Positions 10,109-22,268 are shown, counted from the first letter of the stretch. The stretch is DNA of 64,000 nt from Eledone cirrhosa (GCA_964016885.1 OZ024750.1:41416001-41480000); one strand, 5' to 3'. Notes: generated by a model not told the origin, from the sequence alone. Made by a program: numbers and translations.

Positions 10109-11851
10109 CTACCTGTTCGGCTCCTGAGGAGCATGTTGCACAATATCCATGGGCGTATTGGAGGGGTTGTTTGGTGGGGTGTTGTTCTGTGGTGGAGTGG
10201 GGGTGTTTGGTGAGGTGTGGGTGGGGAAACGTTTCAAGAGGACGCGGTTATAGGGTCGAGTACATGTTTTCCCCACGTCCTCAGGAAAGTTCTCTCTTAG
10301 TTTTGCATAGGTGTCCATTGGGAGTCTTATCATTTTTAAATGCGGTTTGTTGGCCGCGCTTGCAAAGAATTGTCCTTCAGTTTCCACCAAAGGGTCTTTG
10401 TGTATTGTTTTTACTAGTTCTTTGTTATTTGTGTTAATGTATGTATACTGTTTTATTTGTGTTGTGTTTGTTTGTTGTTCTTGTGTGTGCTTACGTTTTG
10501 TTGTATGTGTTATGTTTTGGGGTGGGGCGGATTTTGTTTGTTCTGTTTGTTTTGTTTTTGTTGGTGGTTGTGTGTTTGTTTCGTTTATGTTCGAGTGGTG
10601 CTTTCTTTTTTTCCTTTTTACAGGTTGGAAGGGTTCCCCCTCTTCGTCACTAGGTGCCGTTTCCGCTGGGTCCTCGTCCGTGCTGTCGGGTAGTGGTGTA
10701 TTTTGGGGTTTTGTTGTATTTGTGTGTGTTTTGGGAGTTGTTTTGGGTGGGGCCGTGTCTTGTGTTATTTTTCCCTGTTGTTTTTGTTGTTGTTGTGGTG
10801 GTGGTGGTGGAGGTGGTGGTGGTGGTGGTGGTGGCGGTGGTGGTGTGTGGGGTGTAGGCAAAAGAGCCTTTTTTTTTGTCAATTGAGGACAAGCAGCCCT
10901 TAGATGACCCCTGCTTGAACAGTAGTAACATATGGGCCTCCTACCCTCGGCTGAAATATATATAAATGTTTCTCCATCGAGGGACACCCTCTGTGGTATT
11001 CTAGCGATTCGTTCTGGTCTCATTTGGACCAGAACCTCCACGCTCAAACCGCCGAAAACGTCTGTGGTGACTTCTCCTACTGAGAGGATTCCGTCCTCGT
11101 CTTCTAAAAACCCTGTTAGTACCCAGGAAATGCATGCATTTGGCCGGATTCCGGAGACCCTTATCTTCTGCGTTCTTTTCCCTAAATATGTGGGGAAAAA
11201 TGTATGTAGCTTGGAAACAATTGGTGCCACAGAGTATTTCCTGGCCGTCAATTGATCCTTCATTAGGACCGTTATATTCCCATAGAGTGGCCCTTTTTGT
11301 ATGAACGATATATCACTCCACACATTTTTTAGGACCAGCTCAATCTCTTTTTGGGATAATTGAGTTGGTTTCCTTGTTATGTTGGAAATTGTTCTGAAAG
11401 ATATCGTTCTTAGCGTCGTGTCTCTTTTGATTTCTTGTGGGGAGGTGATTGTGAAGTCTCCTCCTTCTTTGAAAGTTACATACTGTTTCGCTTCCTTCAT
11501 CTTTTCTCTCAGAGTTGTAATGTCCAGTTGCTTGCAGGTTTGTGTTTTCCGGACCGCCTGTGCAAAGGAGGTACCAGTAGTGGGTTCGCTTTGTTTGGTG
11601 TTATCGTTATTTTTTCCTTGGTTGGTGTTGTGACTATTGCTGTTATTGTCGTTGTTGTTTTTGTCTGCGTTTCTGTGACTTTCTGGGTTTTCACCCATTT
11701 TTTCAAATTTTTCTTTTAATTCCGTGTTCCATGTTTCTTTTGCAGAAGTCAGGAGGGAAGACTTAGAGCCTTGTGCTTCTAGCTTCTCTGTATCACCTTT
11801 CTTAGGGGGCGTGGCTTTCACGTTAGGATGAGATGTGAAAATTCCGTCCAT
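10109..11851 (-). CDS. ORF1p of copy B (intact, CCHC knuckle)
   Basis: Nearly identical to 4329-6065; first ATG at 11851. Confidence 0.88.
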   Translation of the reverse strand: MDGIFTSHPNVKATPPKKGDTEKLEAQGSKSSLLTSAKETWNTELKEKFEKMGENPESHRNADKNNNDNNSNSHNTNQGKNNDNTKQSEPTTGTSFAQAVRKTQTCKQLDITTLREKMKEAKQYVTFKEGGDFTITSPQEIKRDTTLRTISFRTISNITRKPTQLSQKEIELVLKNVWSDISFIQKGPLYGNITVLMKDQLTARKYSVAPIVSKLHTFFPTYLGKRTQKIRVSGIRPNACISWVLTGFLEDEDGILSVGEVTTDVFGGLSVEVLVQMRPERIARIPQRVSLDGETFIYISAEGRRPICYYCSSRGHLRAACPQLTKKKALLPTPHTPPPPPPPPPPPPPPPPQQQQKQQGKITQDTAPPKTTPKTHTNTTKPQNTPLPDSTDEDPAETAPSDEEGEPFQPVKRKKRKHHSNINETNTQPPTKTKQTEQTKSAPPQNITHTTKRKHTQEQQTNTTQIKQYTYINTNNKELVKTIHKDPLVETEGQFFASAANKPHLKMIRLPMDTYAKLRENFPEDVGKTCTRPYNRVLLKRFPTHTSPNTPTPPQNNTPPNNPSNTPMDIVQHAPQEPNR

Positions 11852-12048
11852 TTCTATTAGTTTGCCGTAATAAATTTTTAACTGGAAAATTCGCCCCAAA
11901 AAGGGGCGAAAATAAATAAACTCAAAGTTTGACGACCAAGGCAAGGGGTTAACGTATATTACAGTATAAAAAATTAATCAAAACTCACTTTTTGAGTAAG
12001 TAAATCCGACTCGGTAGCCGAGCTTGTTCACACACGTCAACACACGTC

Positions 12049-12220
12049 TCTCGTATACGAGATGTTATGTGAGATATTATGTGAGGTAAAGCCTTTACTG
12101 TGAAAATACAATAGTATATATAGAGTAATGTAAATGTTATGTGAGATATTATGTGAGGTAAAGGCTTTACTGTGAAAATACAATAATATATATACAGTAC
12201 TGTAAATGGTAAAGGGTTAA
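12049..12220 (-). mobile_element. Left end of a TTAA/piggyBac-type MITE, with an internally duplicated ~71-bp unit, flanking the Tx1 array
   Basis: The minus strand reads TTAA CCCTTTACCATTTACAGTACTGTATATATATTATTGTATTTTCACAGTAAAGCCTTTACCTCACATAAT, which aligns with 47939-48040. Confidence 0.75.
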
Positions 12221-12499
12221 ATTTCTCTTCATAACACAAAATTTTAAAATATTTTAATTCTTTCTGTTATTTTAATTCTTTGTTTTCCTTATTTACCCAG
12301 ACTATCACTATTTCTTGTATTCTAGAGTTTTTTTCTGGTATTGCCAGAAGTAATGGCTACTGCATTTCTGTTATGAATAAACATGAGCTCAGTTTTTCTT
12401 TTTAAATCTAAATGATGTGAAAGTTTGGATTGTTTTTACAAAAAAAGCAAATACTGCTTTAAAAAAAACATTTTGCAGGTGTTCTAATTTTTTGAATCA

Positions 12500-12928
12500 G
12501 AGTTGCGTGTGTATGTGTGTGTGTATGAGTGGGTGTGTATGTGTGTGTATGTGTGCATATGTGTGTGTTTGCGTATGTGTGTGTGTGTATGTGTGTGTGC
12601 TTGTGTTTTTGTATGTATGAAAGAGGTGAACACACATACATATGTATATATATATATAAGTATATATATATATATGTGTGTGTGTGTATGCATTTGTGTA
12701 GGTGTGTGTATATATATAATATATAGATATATAATATATAGATATATAATATATAGATATATAATATATAGATATATTTGTATGTAAAAGGTAAACAGAA
12801 ATAACAAAAATCAGAAAACGAACAGCACAGTACAAGGTCTATTCCTGTTGCCATCTCTTACTTACATACATACATATGTTTGTATGTGTGTATGTGTGTA
12901 TGTAGGTGTATGTGTGTATGTGTGTATG

Positions 12929-12963
<35 letters not shown>

Positions 12964-12965
12964 TA
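12500..12965. repeat. Compound (TG)n/(TA)n microsatellite region
   Basis: Direct inspection; includes short atatagatatataat repeats. Confidence 0.9.
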
Positions 12966-13046
12966 TAGTTGAAAATGAACAAACAAAACACAGGAGGCAA
13001 TTGTACACAATTATATTAGGTTCACGCTTGGTGGAAGTGGAGGAGG

Positions 13047-13082
13047 TTTCAACATTTCGGACAGAAGTCCTTCATCATGAAA
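13047..13082 (-). ncRNA. Degenerate minimal hammerhead ribozyme (Penelope-type)
   Basis: TTTC-ATGATGA-AGGAC TTCT GTCC-GAAA-TG-TT-GAAA; core C3 is replaced by A. Confidence 0.45.
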
Positions 13083-13138
13083 GTTTGAATAAAGGGAGTA
13101 CAGGAACTCTGAGGAGGAGTAGGGGGATTTAAGGAGGG

Positions 13139-13169
<31 letters not shown>

Positions 13170-13255
13170 CCTTATATATATATATATTAAAATAACACAT
13201 TAAAGTTTAAGCAAAGACTCTTTGCTTAAACTTTAATCTGTTATTTTAATATGTA

Positions 13256-14105
13256 CAAGTAGTGTACAATATTTGTTCGCAAGATTACTGTCTAGGAAAA
13301 AATAACACAGTAGTTTTATTTTTTAAGATATATTTATCAGTTTGTCTTCATGACTTGTTCTTTCGATCTCACTCGATAAACCCGCCATTGGCTTTGATGA
13401 CGGCCTCGGAACCGGCTACAGGCCTTCGTCACTGTCCCACAACTTAGGCCCCTAAAGGCACTTGTTATCCTGGCCTTCAGATCGTCTTTCGTATTGCAGC
13501 TAGACCTGTTGGTGTCTCGTTCCACTGCGCCTCACACAAAGAAGTTTAGGGGGTTGCAGTCAGGCGAGCTAGGAGGCCAGATGTCAGGTGAAGTGTGGTC
13601 GACGAAGTTCTCTGACAGCCAGGCTTGGGTCTTTCGGCTGGTATGGCAGGGCGCTGAGTCTTGCTGCCACACGTACGGCCTACCTGCAGCTACCTGGTCG
13701 CTCAGAACACGGATGTAGCCATCGGTGTTCAGCTTGAGGCCCTCAGGGAAGAAGGGAGGTGGCATGACGTCACCTTGACTGCTGACGACACCTAAGACCA
13801 ATGTTGTCACTGGGAACTTTGTCTGCATGACTCTGGGCATGTCTTTGGATGAGACAGCGAGCCACCTGTTGTTCTGGGAGTTGATCGTCTGGTCCTTATT
13901 TGTCCTCCCGGCGTGAATTCCAAGAAGAACTCCGTGTCTCCTCCACAAATTTGGAGGTTCAAAATTATTCATAATCAATTATTCTGAAAATAAATAATGG
14001 AAATATAGTCACTCTTTTTATGAAGACAAGAGTGACAATGGAAGTAAAAAAAATCTGCATAAAATTAGCAGTAGAAAATTGCAAACAAATATCGTCCACA
14101 CCCTG
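13256..14105 (-). mobile_element. Internally deleted Tc1/mariner DD37D (maT) DNA transposon
   Basis: TA at both ends (13254-55, 14106-07). Degenerate TIRs: CAAGTAGTGTACAATATTTGTTCGCAA versus CAGGGTGTGGACGATATTTGTTTGCAA. Confidence 0.8.
13350..13978 (-). pseudogene. DD37D transposase remnant
   Basis: NSQNNRW..WQQDSAPCH..WPPSSPDCNPLN. There are 37 residues between the 2nd D and the 3rd catalytic position (here D>N). Stop at ~13532; most of the N-terminal half is deleted. Confidence 0.85.
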
Positions 14106-14228
14106 TATATATAAATGAATATTTGCTCTATGGTTCTTATATATCTGATATATATTTATCGTTATCGAGCCCTCTTTGGATTTTAGTCTTCGCATTTATT
14201 ATTACTACTATATATATATATATATATA

Positions 14229-14586
14229 TACGATATTAAACAAATGGAAACTATATTTATAAAACCATATTTATTTCGTTATATATATTTCTGGGATATC
14301 ATATTAAAAATATGGTATGCCTTCCTCAGACAGGAAGTTGCATTATTATAAGGTATGTCAAAATTATTTATAAAACAGCTTATGTATTGTATTTTGTCTG
14401 AGGAAGGCATACCATATTTTTAATATGATATCCCAGAAATATATATAACAAAATAAATATGGTTTTATAAATATAGTTTCCATTTGTTTAATATCGTAAA
14501 CCTACTCCAGAAACTGTTGAGTGCTTTTATATCAGTTATAAAATATTCACTCGTTGTAACCCAACAATTTTAAATAAAACTTTTGC
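14229..14586 (+). mobile_element. Penelope-like terminal-repeat remnant with inverted 5' copy (family H1)
   Basis: Inverted arms 14229-14332 and 14395-14498, flanked by (TA)n. Homologous to 22269-22526 and 31581-32052. Confidence 0.7.
14390..14455 (+). ncRNA. Minimal type I hammerhead ribozyme (H1)
   Basis: TATTTTGT-CTGAGGA-(stem II)-GAAA-TATATA-TA-ACAAAATA, with an 8-bp stem I and a palindromic stem III; the base of stem II is mismatched. Confidence 0.65.
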
Positions 14587-14587
14587 A

Positions 14588-14627
<40 letters not shown>

Positions 14628-14900
14628 TATATACATATATAAATAACAAAGTTGATACCTTTATACATTAACCGAGAGGTTCTAAAAGTGGGTGCTACCA
14701 TTCTCCGCGAGAGGTTGAGAAAGTCCAGGGGGCGCTGTGGCCAAAAGGGGCAGCGGTAGAGATGATATAATAGCATATTAAATATCAAATGATATATATT
14801 ATATATAAATATAGTAAAATAAAAAAATATATATTTATTTATTTATACATTTATATATTTATTTATACATAGTATATATTATATTATTTATTATATATAA

Positions 14901-15088
14901 CTGCGGTGGATTGGCAGTATCGGTAGAGGGTCGGACGCCATGCTTTCCAGCATAGTTACGTCCCTTTACGATCTCAGTTCAAATCCCGCCGAGGTTGACT
15001 TTGCCTTTCATCCTTACGGGGTCGATAAGATAAAGTACCAGTAATGCACTCGGTAATTGCTGGCCTTGTGCCTAAAGTAGAAACAATT
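14901..15088 (+). mobile_element. tRNA-derived SINE with Nin/Deu-like core (family N)
   Basis: A-box-like TGGCAGTATCGG, B box AGTTCAAATCC and core GCCTTTCATCCTTACGGGGTCGATAA..GTACCAG; repeated several times in the window. Confidence 0.75.
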
Positions 15089-15374
15089 ATTTATTATATA
15101 TAAATTAACGATTTTATTTATTATATATTATTTACATGTTGTGTGTCGGTAGTTCTCTCTAGAAATAGTGTTGGGGGCGTTGAGGGTATTATGTGGCTGT
15201 GAGGAGAGCCCAAAATATTTGAGAAACTCTGCATTAACCCCTATTCTAGTAAAGCCACTCCCCCCCCCCCCCAGATTTAAGAGATTAACAGTAAAACTAA
15301 AACCTTTATCTAGATATCTACAATGTGACATAGTAATTCCTCGTGACAGTGTAGTTAACTAACCATGGCTTGTT

Positions 15375-18300
15375 AACAACCCATACACTTACCTTCACTA
15401 CTTCACCTTGCCTCACTACAGCCCATACACTTACCATCACTACTTTACCCTGCCTCACTACAACCCATACACTTACCATCACTACTTCACCCTTCCTCAC
15501 TACAACCCATACACTTACCATCACTACTTCACCCTTCCTCACTACAACCCATACACTTACCATCACTACTTTACCCTGCCTCACTACAACCCATACACTT
15601 ACCATCACTACTTTACCCTGCCTCACTACAACCCATACACTTACCATCACTACTTCACCCTTCCTCACTACAACCAATACACTTACCATCACTACTTCAC
15701 CCTTCCTCACTACAACCCATACACTTACCATCACTACTTTACCGTTCCTCACTACAACCCATACACTTACCATCACTACTTTACCCTTCCTCACTACAAC
15801 CCATACACTTACCATCACTACTTTACACTTCCTTACTACAACCCATACACTTACCATCACTACTTCCTCACCTCAACCCATACACTTACCATCACTACTT
15901 CACCTTTCCTCACTACAACCCATACACTTACCATCACTACTTCCTCACTACAACCCATACACTTACCATCACTACTTCACCCTTCCTCACTACAACCCAT
16001 ACACTTACCATCACTACTTCACCTTTCCTCACTACAACCCATACACTTACCATCACTACTTCACCCTTCCTCACTACAACCCATACACTTACCATCACTA
16101 CTTCACCCTTCCTCACTACAACATATACACTTACCATCACTACTTCACCCCTCCTCACTACAACCCATACACTTACCATCACTACTTCACCCTTCCTCAC
16201 TACAACCCATACACTTACCATCACTACTTCACCCTTCCTCACTACAACATATACACTTACCATCACTACTTTACCGTTCCTCACTACAACCCATACACTT
16301 ACCATCACTACTTCACCCCTCCTCACTACAACCCCTACACTTACCATCGTTACTTCACCCTTCCTCACTACAACCCATACACTTACCATCACTACTTCAC
16401 CCTTCCTCACTACAACCCATACACTTACCATCACTACTTCACTCTTCCCCACTACAACCTATACACTTACCATCACTACTTTACCGTTCCTCACTACAAC
16501 CCATACACTTACCATCACTACTTCCTGACTACAACCCATACACTTACCATCCCTACTTCCTCACTACAACCCATACACTTACCATCACTACTTCACCCTT
16601 CCCCACTACAACATATACACTTACCATCACTACTTCACCCCTCCTCACTACAACCCATACACTTACCATCACTACTTCCTCACTACAACCCATACACTTA
16701 CCATCACTACTTCACCCTTCCTCACTACAACATATACACTTACCATCACTACTTCACTCTTCCCCACTACAACCCATACACTTACCATCACTACTTTACC
16801 CTTCCTCACTACAACATATACACTTACCATCACTACTTCACCCCTCCTCACTACAACCCATACACTTACCATCACTACTTCCTCACTACAACCCATACAC
16901 TTACCATCACTACTTCACCCTTCCCCACTACAACATATACACTTACCATCACTACTTCACCCCTCCTCACTACAACCCATACACTTACCATCACTACTTC
17001 TTCACTACAACCCATACACTTACCATCACTACTTCACCCTTCCTCACTACAACCCATACACTTACCATCACTACTTCACCCTTCCTCACTACAACCCATA
17101 CACTTACCATCACTACTTCACCCTTCCTCACTACAACCCATACACTTACCATCACTACTTTACCCTGCCTCACTACAACCCATACACTTACCATCACTAC
17201 TTTACCCTGCCTCACTACAACCCATACACTTACCATCACTACTTCACCCTTCCTCACTACAACCAATACACTTACCATCACTACTTCACCCTTCCTCACT
17301 ACAACCCATACACTTACCATCACTACTTCACTCTTCCCCACTACAACCCATACACTTACCATCACTACTTTACCCTTCCTCACTACAACCCATACACTTA
17401 CCATCACTACTTTACACTTCCTTACTACAACCCATACACTTACCATCACTACTTCCTCACCTCAACCCATACACTTACCATCACTACTTCACCTTTCCTC
17501 ACTACAACCCATACACTTACCATCACTACTTCCTCACTACAACCCATACACTTACCATCACTACTTCACCCTTCCTCACTACAACCCATACACTTACCAT
17601 CACTACTTCACCGTTCCTCACTACAACCCATACACTTACCATCACTACTTCACCCTTCCTCACTACAACCCATACACTTACCATCACTACTTCACCCTTC
17701 CTCACTACAACATATACACTTACCATCACTACTTCACCCCTCCTCACTACAACCCATACACTTACCATCACTACTTCACCCTTCCTCACTACAACCCATA
17801 CACTTACCATCACTACTTCACCCTTCCTCACTACAACATATACACTTACCATCACTACTTTACCGTTCCTCACTACAACCCATACACTTACCATCACTAC
17901 TTCACCCCTCCTCACTACAACCCATACACTTACCATCGTTACTTCACCCTTCCTCACTACAACCCATACACTTACCATCACTACTTCCTGACTACAACCC
18001 ATACACTTACCATCACTACTTCACCCCTCCTCACTACAACCCATACACTTACCATCACTACTTTACCCTGCCTCACTACAACCCATACACTTACCATCAC
18101 TACTTCACCCTTCCTCACTACAACCCATACACTTACCATCACTACTTCACTCTTCCCCACTACAACCTATACACTTACCATCACTACTTTACCGTTCCTC
18201 ACTACAACCCATACACTTACCATCACTACTTCCTGACTACAACCCATACACTTACCATCACTACTTCCTCACTACAACCCATACACTTACCATCACTACT

Positions 18301-21259
18301 TCACCCTTCCCCACTACAACATATACACTTACCATCACTACTTCACCCCTCCTCACTACAACCCATACACTTACCATCACTACTTCCTCACTACAACCCA
18401 TACACTTACCATCACTACTTCACCCTTCCTCACTACAACATATACACTTACCATCACTACTTCACTCTTCCCCACTACAACCCATACACTTACCATCACT
18501 ACTTTACCCTTCCTCACTACAACATATACACTTACCATCACTACTTCACCCCTCCTCACTACAACCCATACACTTACCATCACTACTTTACCGTTCCTCA
18601 CTACAACCCATACACTTACCATCACTACTTCACCCCTCCTCACTACAACCCATACACTTACCATCACTACTTCACCCCTCCTCACTACAACCCATACACT
18701 TACCATCACTACTTCACCCCTCCTCACTACAACCCATACACTTACCATCGTTACTTCACCCTTCCTCACTACAACCCATACACTTACCATCACTACTTCA
18801 CCCTTCCTCACTACAACCCATACACTTACCATCACTACTTCACTCTTCCCCACTACAACCTATACACTTACCATCACTACTTTACCGTTCCTCACTACAA
18901 CCCATACACTTACCATCACTACTTCCTGACTACAACCCATACACTTACCATCACTACTTCCTCACTACAACCCATACACTTACCATCACTACTTCACCCT
19001 TCCCCACTACAACATATACACTTACCATCACTACTTCACCCCTCCTCACTACAACCCATACACTTACCATCACTACTTCCTCACTACAACCCATACACTT
19101 ACCATCACTACTTCACCCTTCCTCACTACAACATATACACTTACCATCACTACTTCACTCTTCCCCACTACAACCCATACACTTACCATCACTACTTTAC
19201 CGTTCCTCACTACAACCCATACACTTACCATCACTACTTCACCTTTCCTCACTACAACCCATACACTTACCATCACTACTTTACCCTTCCTCACTACAAC
19301 ATATACACTTACCATCACTACTTCACCCCTCCTCACTACAACCCATACACTTACCATCACTACTTTACCGTTCCTCACTACAACCCATACACTTACCATC
19401 ACTACTTCACCCCTCCTCACTACAACCCATACACTTACCATCACTACTTCACCCCTCCTCACTACAACCCATACACTTACCATCACTACTTCACCCCTCC
19501 TCACTACAACCCATACACTTACCATCGTTACTTCACCCTTCCTCACTACAACCCATACACTTACCATCACTACTTCACCCTTCCTCACTACAACCCATAC
19601 ACTTACCATCACTACTTCACTCTTCCCCACTACAACCTATACACTTACCATCACTACTTTACCGTTCCTCACTACAACCCATACACTTACCATCACTACT
19701 TCCTGACTACAACCCATACACTTACCATCACTACTTCCTCACTACAACCCATACACTTACCATCACTACTTCACCCTTCCCCACTACAACATATACACTT
19801 ACCATCACTACTTCACCCCTCCTCACTACAACCCATACACTTACCATCACTACTTCCTCACTACAACCCATACACTTACCATCACTACTTCACCCTTCCC
19901 CACTACAACATATACACTTACCATCACTACTTCACCCCTCCTCACTACAACCCATACACTTACCATCACTACTTCCTCACTACAACCCATACACTTACCA
20001 TCACTACTTCACCCTTCCTCACTACAACATATACACTTACCATCACTACTTCACTCTTCCCCACTACAACCCATACACTTACCATCACTACTTCACCCTT
20101 CCCCACTACAACATATACACTTACCATCACTACTTCACCCCTCCTCACTACAACCCATACACTTACCATCACTACTTCCTCACTACAACCCATACACTTA
20201 CCATCACTACTTTACCCTTCCTCACTACAACATATACACTTACCATCACTACTTCACCCCTCCTCACTACAACCCATACACTTACCATCACTACTTTACC
20301 GTTCCTCACTACAACCCATACACTTACCATCACTACTTCACCCCTCCTCACTACAACCCATACACTTACCATCACTACTTCACCCCTCCTCACTACAACC
20401 CATACACTTACCATCACTACTTCACCCCTCCTCACTACAACCCATACACTTACCATCACTACTTCACCCCTCCTCACTACAACCCATACACTTACCATCA
20501 CTACTTCACCCCTCCTCACTACAACCCATACACTTACCATCACTACTTCACCCCTCCTCACTACAACCCATACACTTACCATCACTACTTTACCGTTCCT
20601 CACTACAACCCATACACTTACCATCACTACTTCACCCCTCCTCACTACAACCCATACACTTACCATCACTACTTCACCCCTCCTCACTACAACCCATACA
20701 CTTACCATCACTACTTCACCCCTCCTCACTACAACCCATACACTTACCATCACTACTTCACCCCTCCTCACTACAACCCATACACTTACCATCACTACTT
20801 CACCCCTCCTCACTACAACCCATACACTTACCATCACTACTTCACCCCTCCTCACTACAACCCATACACTTACCATCACTACTTCACCCCTCCTCACTAC
20901 AACCCATACACTTACCATCACTACTTCACCCCTCCTCACTACAACCCATACACTTACCATCACTACTTCACCCCTCCTCACTACAACCCATACACTTACC
21001 ATCACTACTTCACCCCTCCTCACTACAACCCATACACTTACCATCACTACTTTACCGTTCCTCACTACAACCCATACACTTACCATCACTACTTCACCCC
21101 TCCTCACTACAACCCATACACTTACCATCACTACTTCACCCCTCCTCACTACAACCCATACACTTACCATCACTACTTCACCCCTCCTCACTACAACCCA
21201 TACACTTACCATCACTACTTCACCCCTCCTCACTACAACCCATACACTTACCATCACTA
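15375..21259. repeat. 42-bp minisatellite/satellite (ACTACAACCCATACACTTACCATCACTACTTCACCCTTCCTC) with a 35-bp deletion variant
   Basis: About 5.9 kb tandem array; the + strand is almost devoid of G. Confidence 0.97.
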
Positions 21260-21494
21260 TTGACATCTCATTTCAATTAGATTGTTTTTAAAATATTTAT
21301 ACAGTCCACGAATCACACTTTATAATTTCAACAATTAAATAATCAACATTTATATATAGAGAGAGAGTATGTATATATATAGAGAGAGTATGTATATATA
21401 GAGAGAGAGTATGTATATATAGAGAGAGAGTATGTATATATAGAATAGATCTAGAGTATGATATATATATAGGATCTTCAGGATCTTCAGGATA

Positions 21495-21622
21495 TTCAGA
21501 ACCCCGACAACACTCTGCCATCGGGGTCCTGACTCTTTTCCTATTACCCATTCTACTACCCAAAGTATCAAGTACTCTGGTGCGTTATGGTCCACCTGGC
21601 TCCTTACCACACTTCCCTTGTT
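21495..21622 (+). repeat. Short interspersed element (family also at 39725-39850 and 46240-46450)
   Basis: Shared tattacc(c)a.tctactacc..aagtat..agtactctggtg.g..atggtc; each copy has a fold-back at one end. Confidence 0.6.
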
Positions 21623-21624
21623 AT

Positions 21625-21964
21625 ATCATCATCATCATCATCATTTTACGTCCGCTTTTCCCTGCTTGCAAGGGTGGGACGGGAACTGATTCTGGCTTGA
21701 TTTCTACAGCTGGATCCCCTTCCTAACACCAACCTCATTTACAGAGAGTGCTGGGTGCTTTTTTTGCCGTCGCACCTCCACGACCACTTTACAGTGGAAT
21801 GATAGGGACCCAGTCCCTAGCATCTCATTTCTACAGCTGAGTAAACTGGAGCAATGTGAAATAAAGTGTCTTGCTCAAGGAAACAACACATCACCCAGTC
21901 TGAGAATTGAACTCACAACCTTTCGATTGCAAGGCCAATGTTCTAACCACTAAGTCATGTGCCT

Positions 21965-21967
<3 letters not shown>
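21625..21967 (-). mobile_element. tRNA-derived SINE family T (RTE-like tail ending in (GAT)n)
   Basis: Head TGACTTAGTGGTTAGA..GAGTTCAATTCTC, central CCTTGAGCAAGACACTTT motif, tail GGACGTAAAATGATGATG. Confidence 0.8.
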
Positions 21968-22023
<56 letters not shown>

Positions 22024-22109
22024 TACACACACACAGATAAATCCAGGGTCTAAGCCGTATGAAGAACTCAATGTAATCCATATGTAGATGTCATGAAGGA
22101 AAGTTTAAA

Positions 22110-22249
22110 ATACAAATAATGAAAACAATGAAATTAAACAAAAAACGGTTAATTCATAGTAAAACTCATTATTTTACGATCATAAAATAATGAGTTTTAC
22201 TATGAATTAACCGTTTTTTGTTTAATTTCATTGTTTTCACTATTTGTAT
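22110..22249. repeat. ~140-bp near-perfect palindrome next to (TA)n
   Basis: Arms of ~66 bp centred at ~22180. Confidence 0.85.
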
Positions 22250-22268
22250 ATATATATATATATATATG

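Larger units (their letters stand above)
6412..12198 (-). mobile_element. Tx1-like retrotransposon copy B, full length, ORF2 frameshifted
   Basis: Near-identical to copy A with scattered substitutions and different Pro/Gln tract lengths. It is the 5'-most copy of the array. Confidence 0.93.
13184..14210 (+). mobile_element. Short fold-back element (same family as 27431-27560 and 32085-32240), interrupted by the maT transposon
   Basis: Palindrome at 13184-13252. The family sequence resumes at ~14115 (atttgctctatggttc...gagccctctttggattttagtc), matching the uninterrupted copy at 27431. Confidence 0.65.

Noticed and set aside
997-11719. Many plus-strand and alternative-frame ORFs overlapping ORF1/ORF2
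   Set aside because: Antisense shadows of the retrotransposon ORFs and low-complexity tracts; they are conserved only because the copies are near-identical.
1-12220. Telomere-maintaining (HeT-A/TART-like) retrotransposon array
   Set aside because: There are no (TTAGGG)n tracts or poly(A) junctions. The 5' end of the array abuts ordinary flanking DNA, which is the opposite polarity to end-addition arrays.
15318-21266. Long ORFs (873 aa, 942 aa and others) resembling mucin or extensin proteins
   Set aside because: These are translations of a 42-bp satellite that lacks stop codons because one strand has almost no G. Several frames are open, starts are non-ATG and the 35-bp variants shift the frame.
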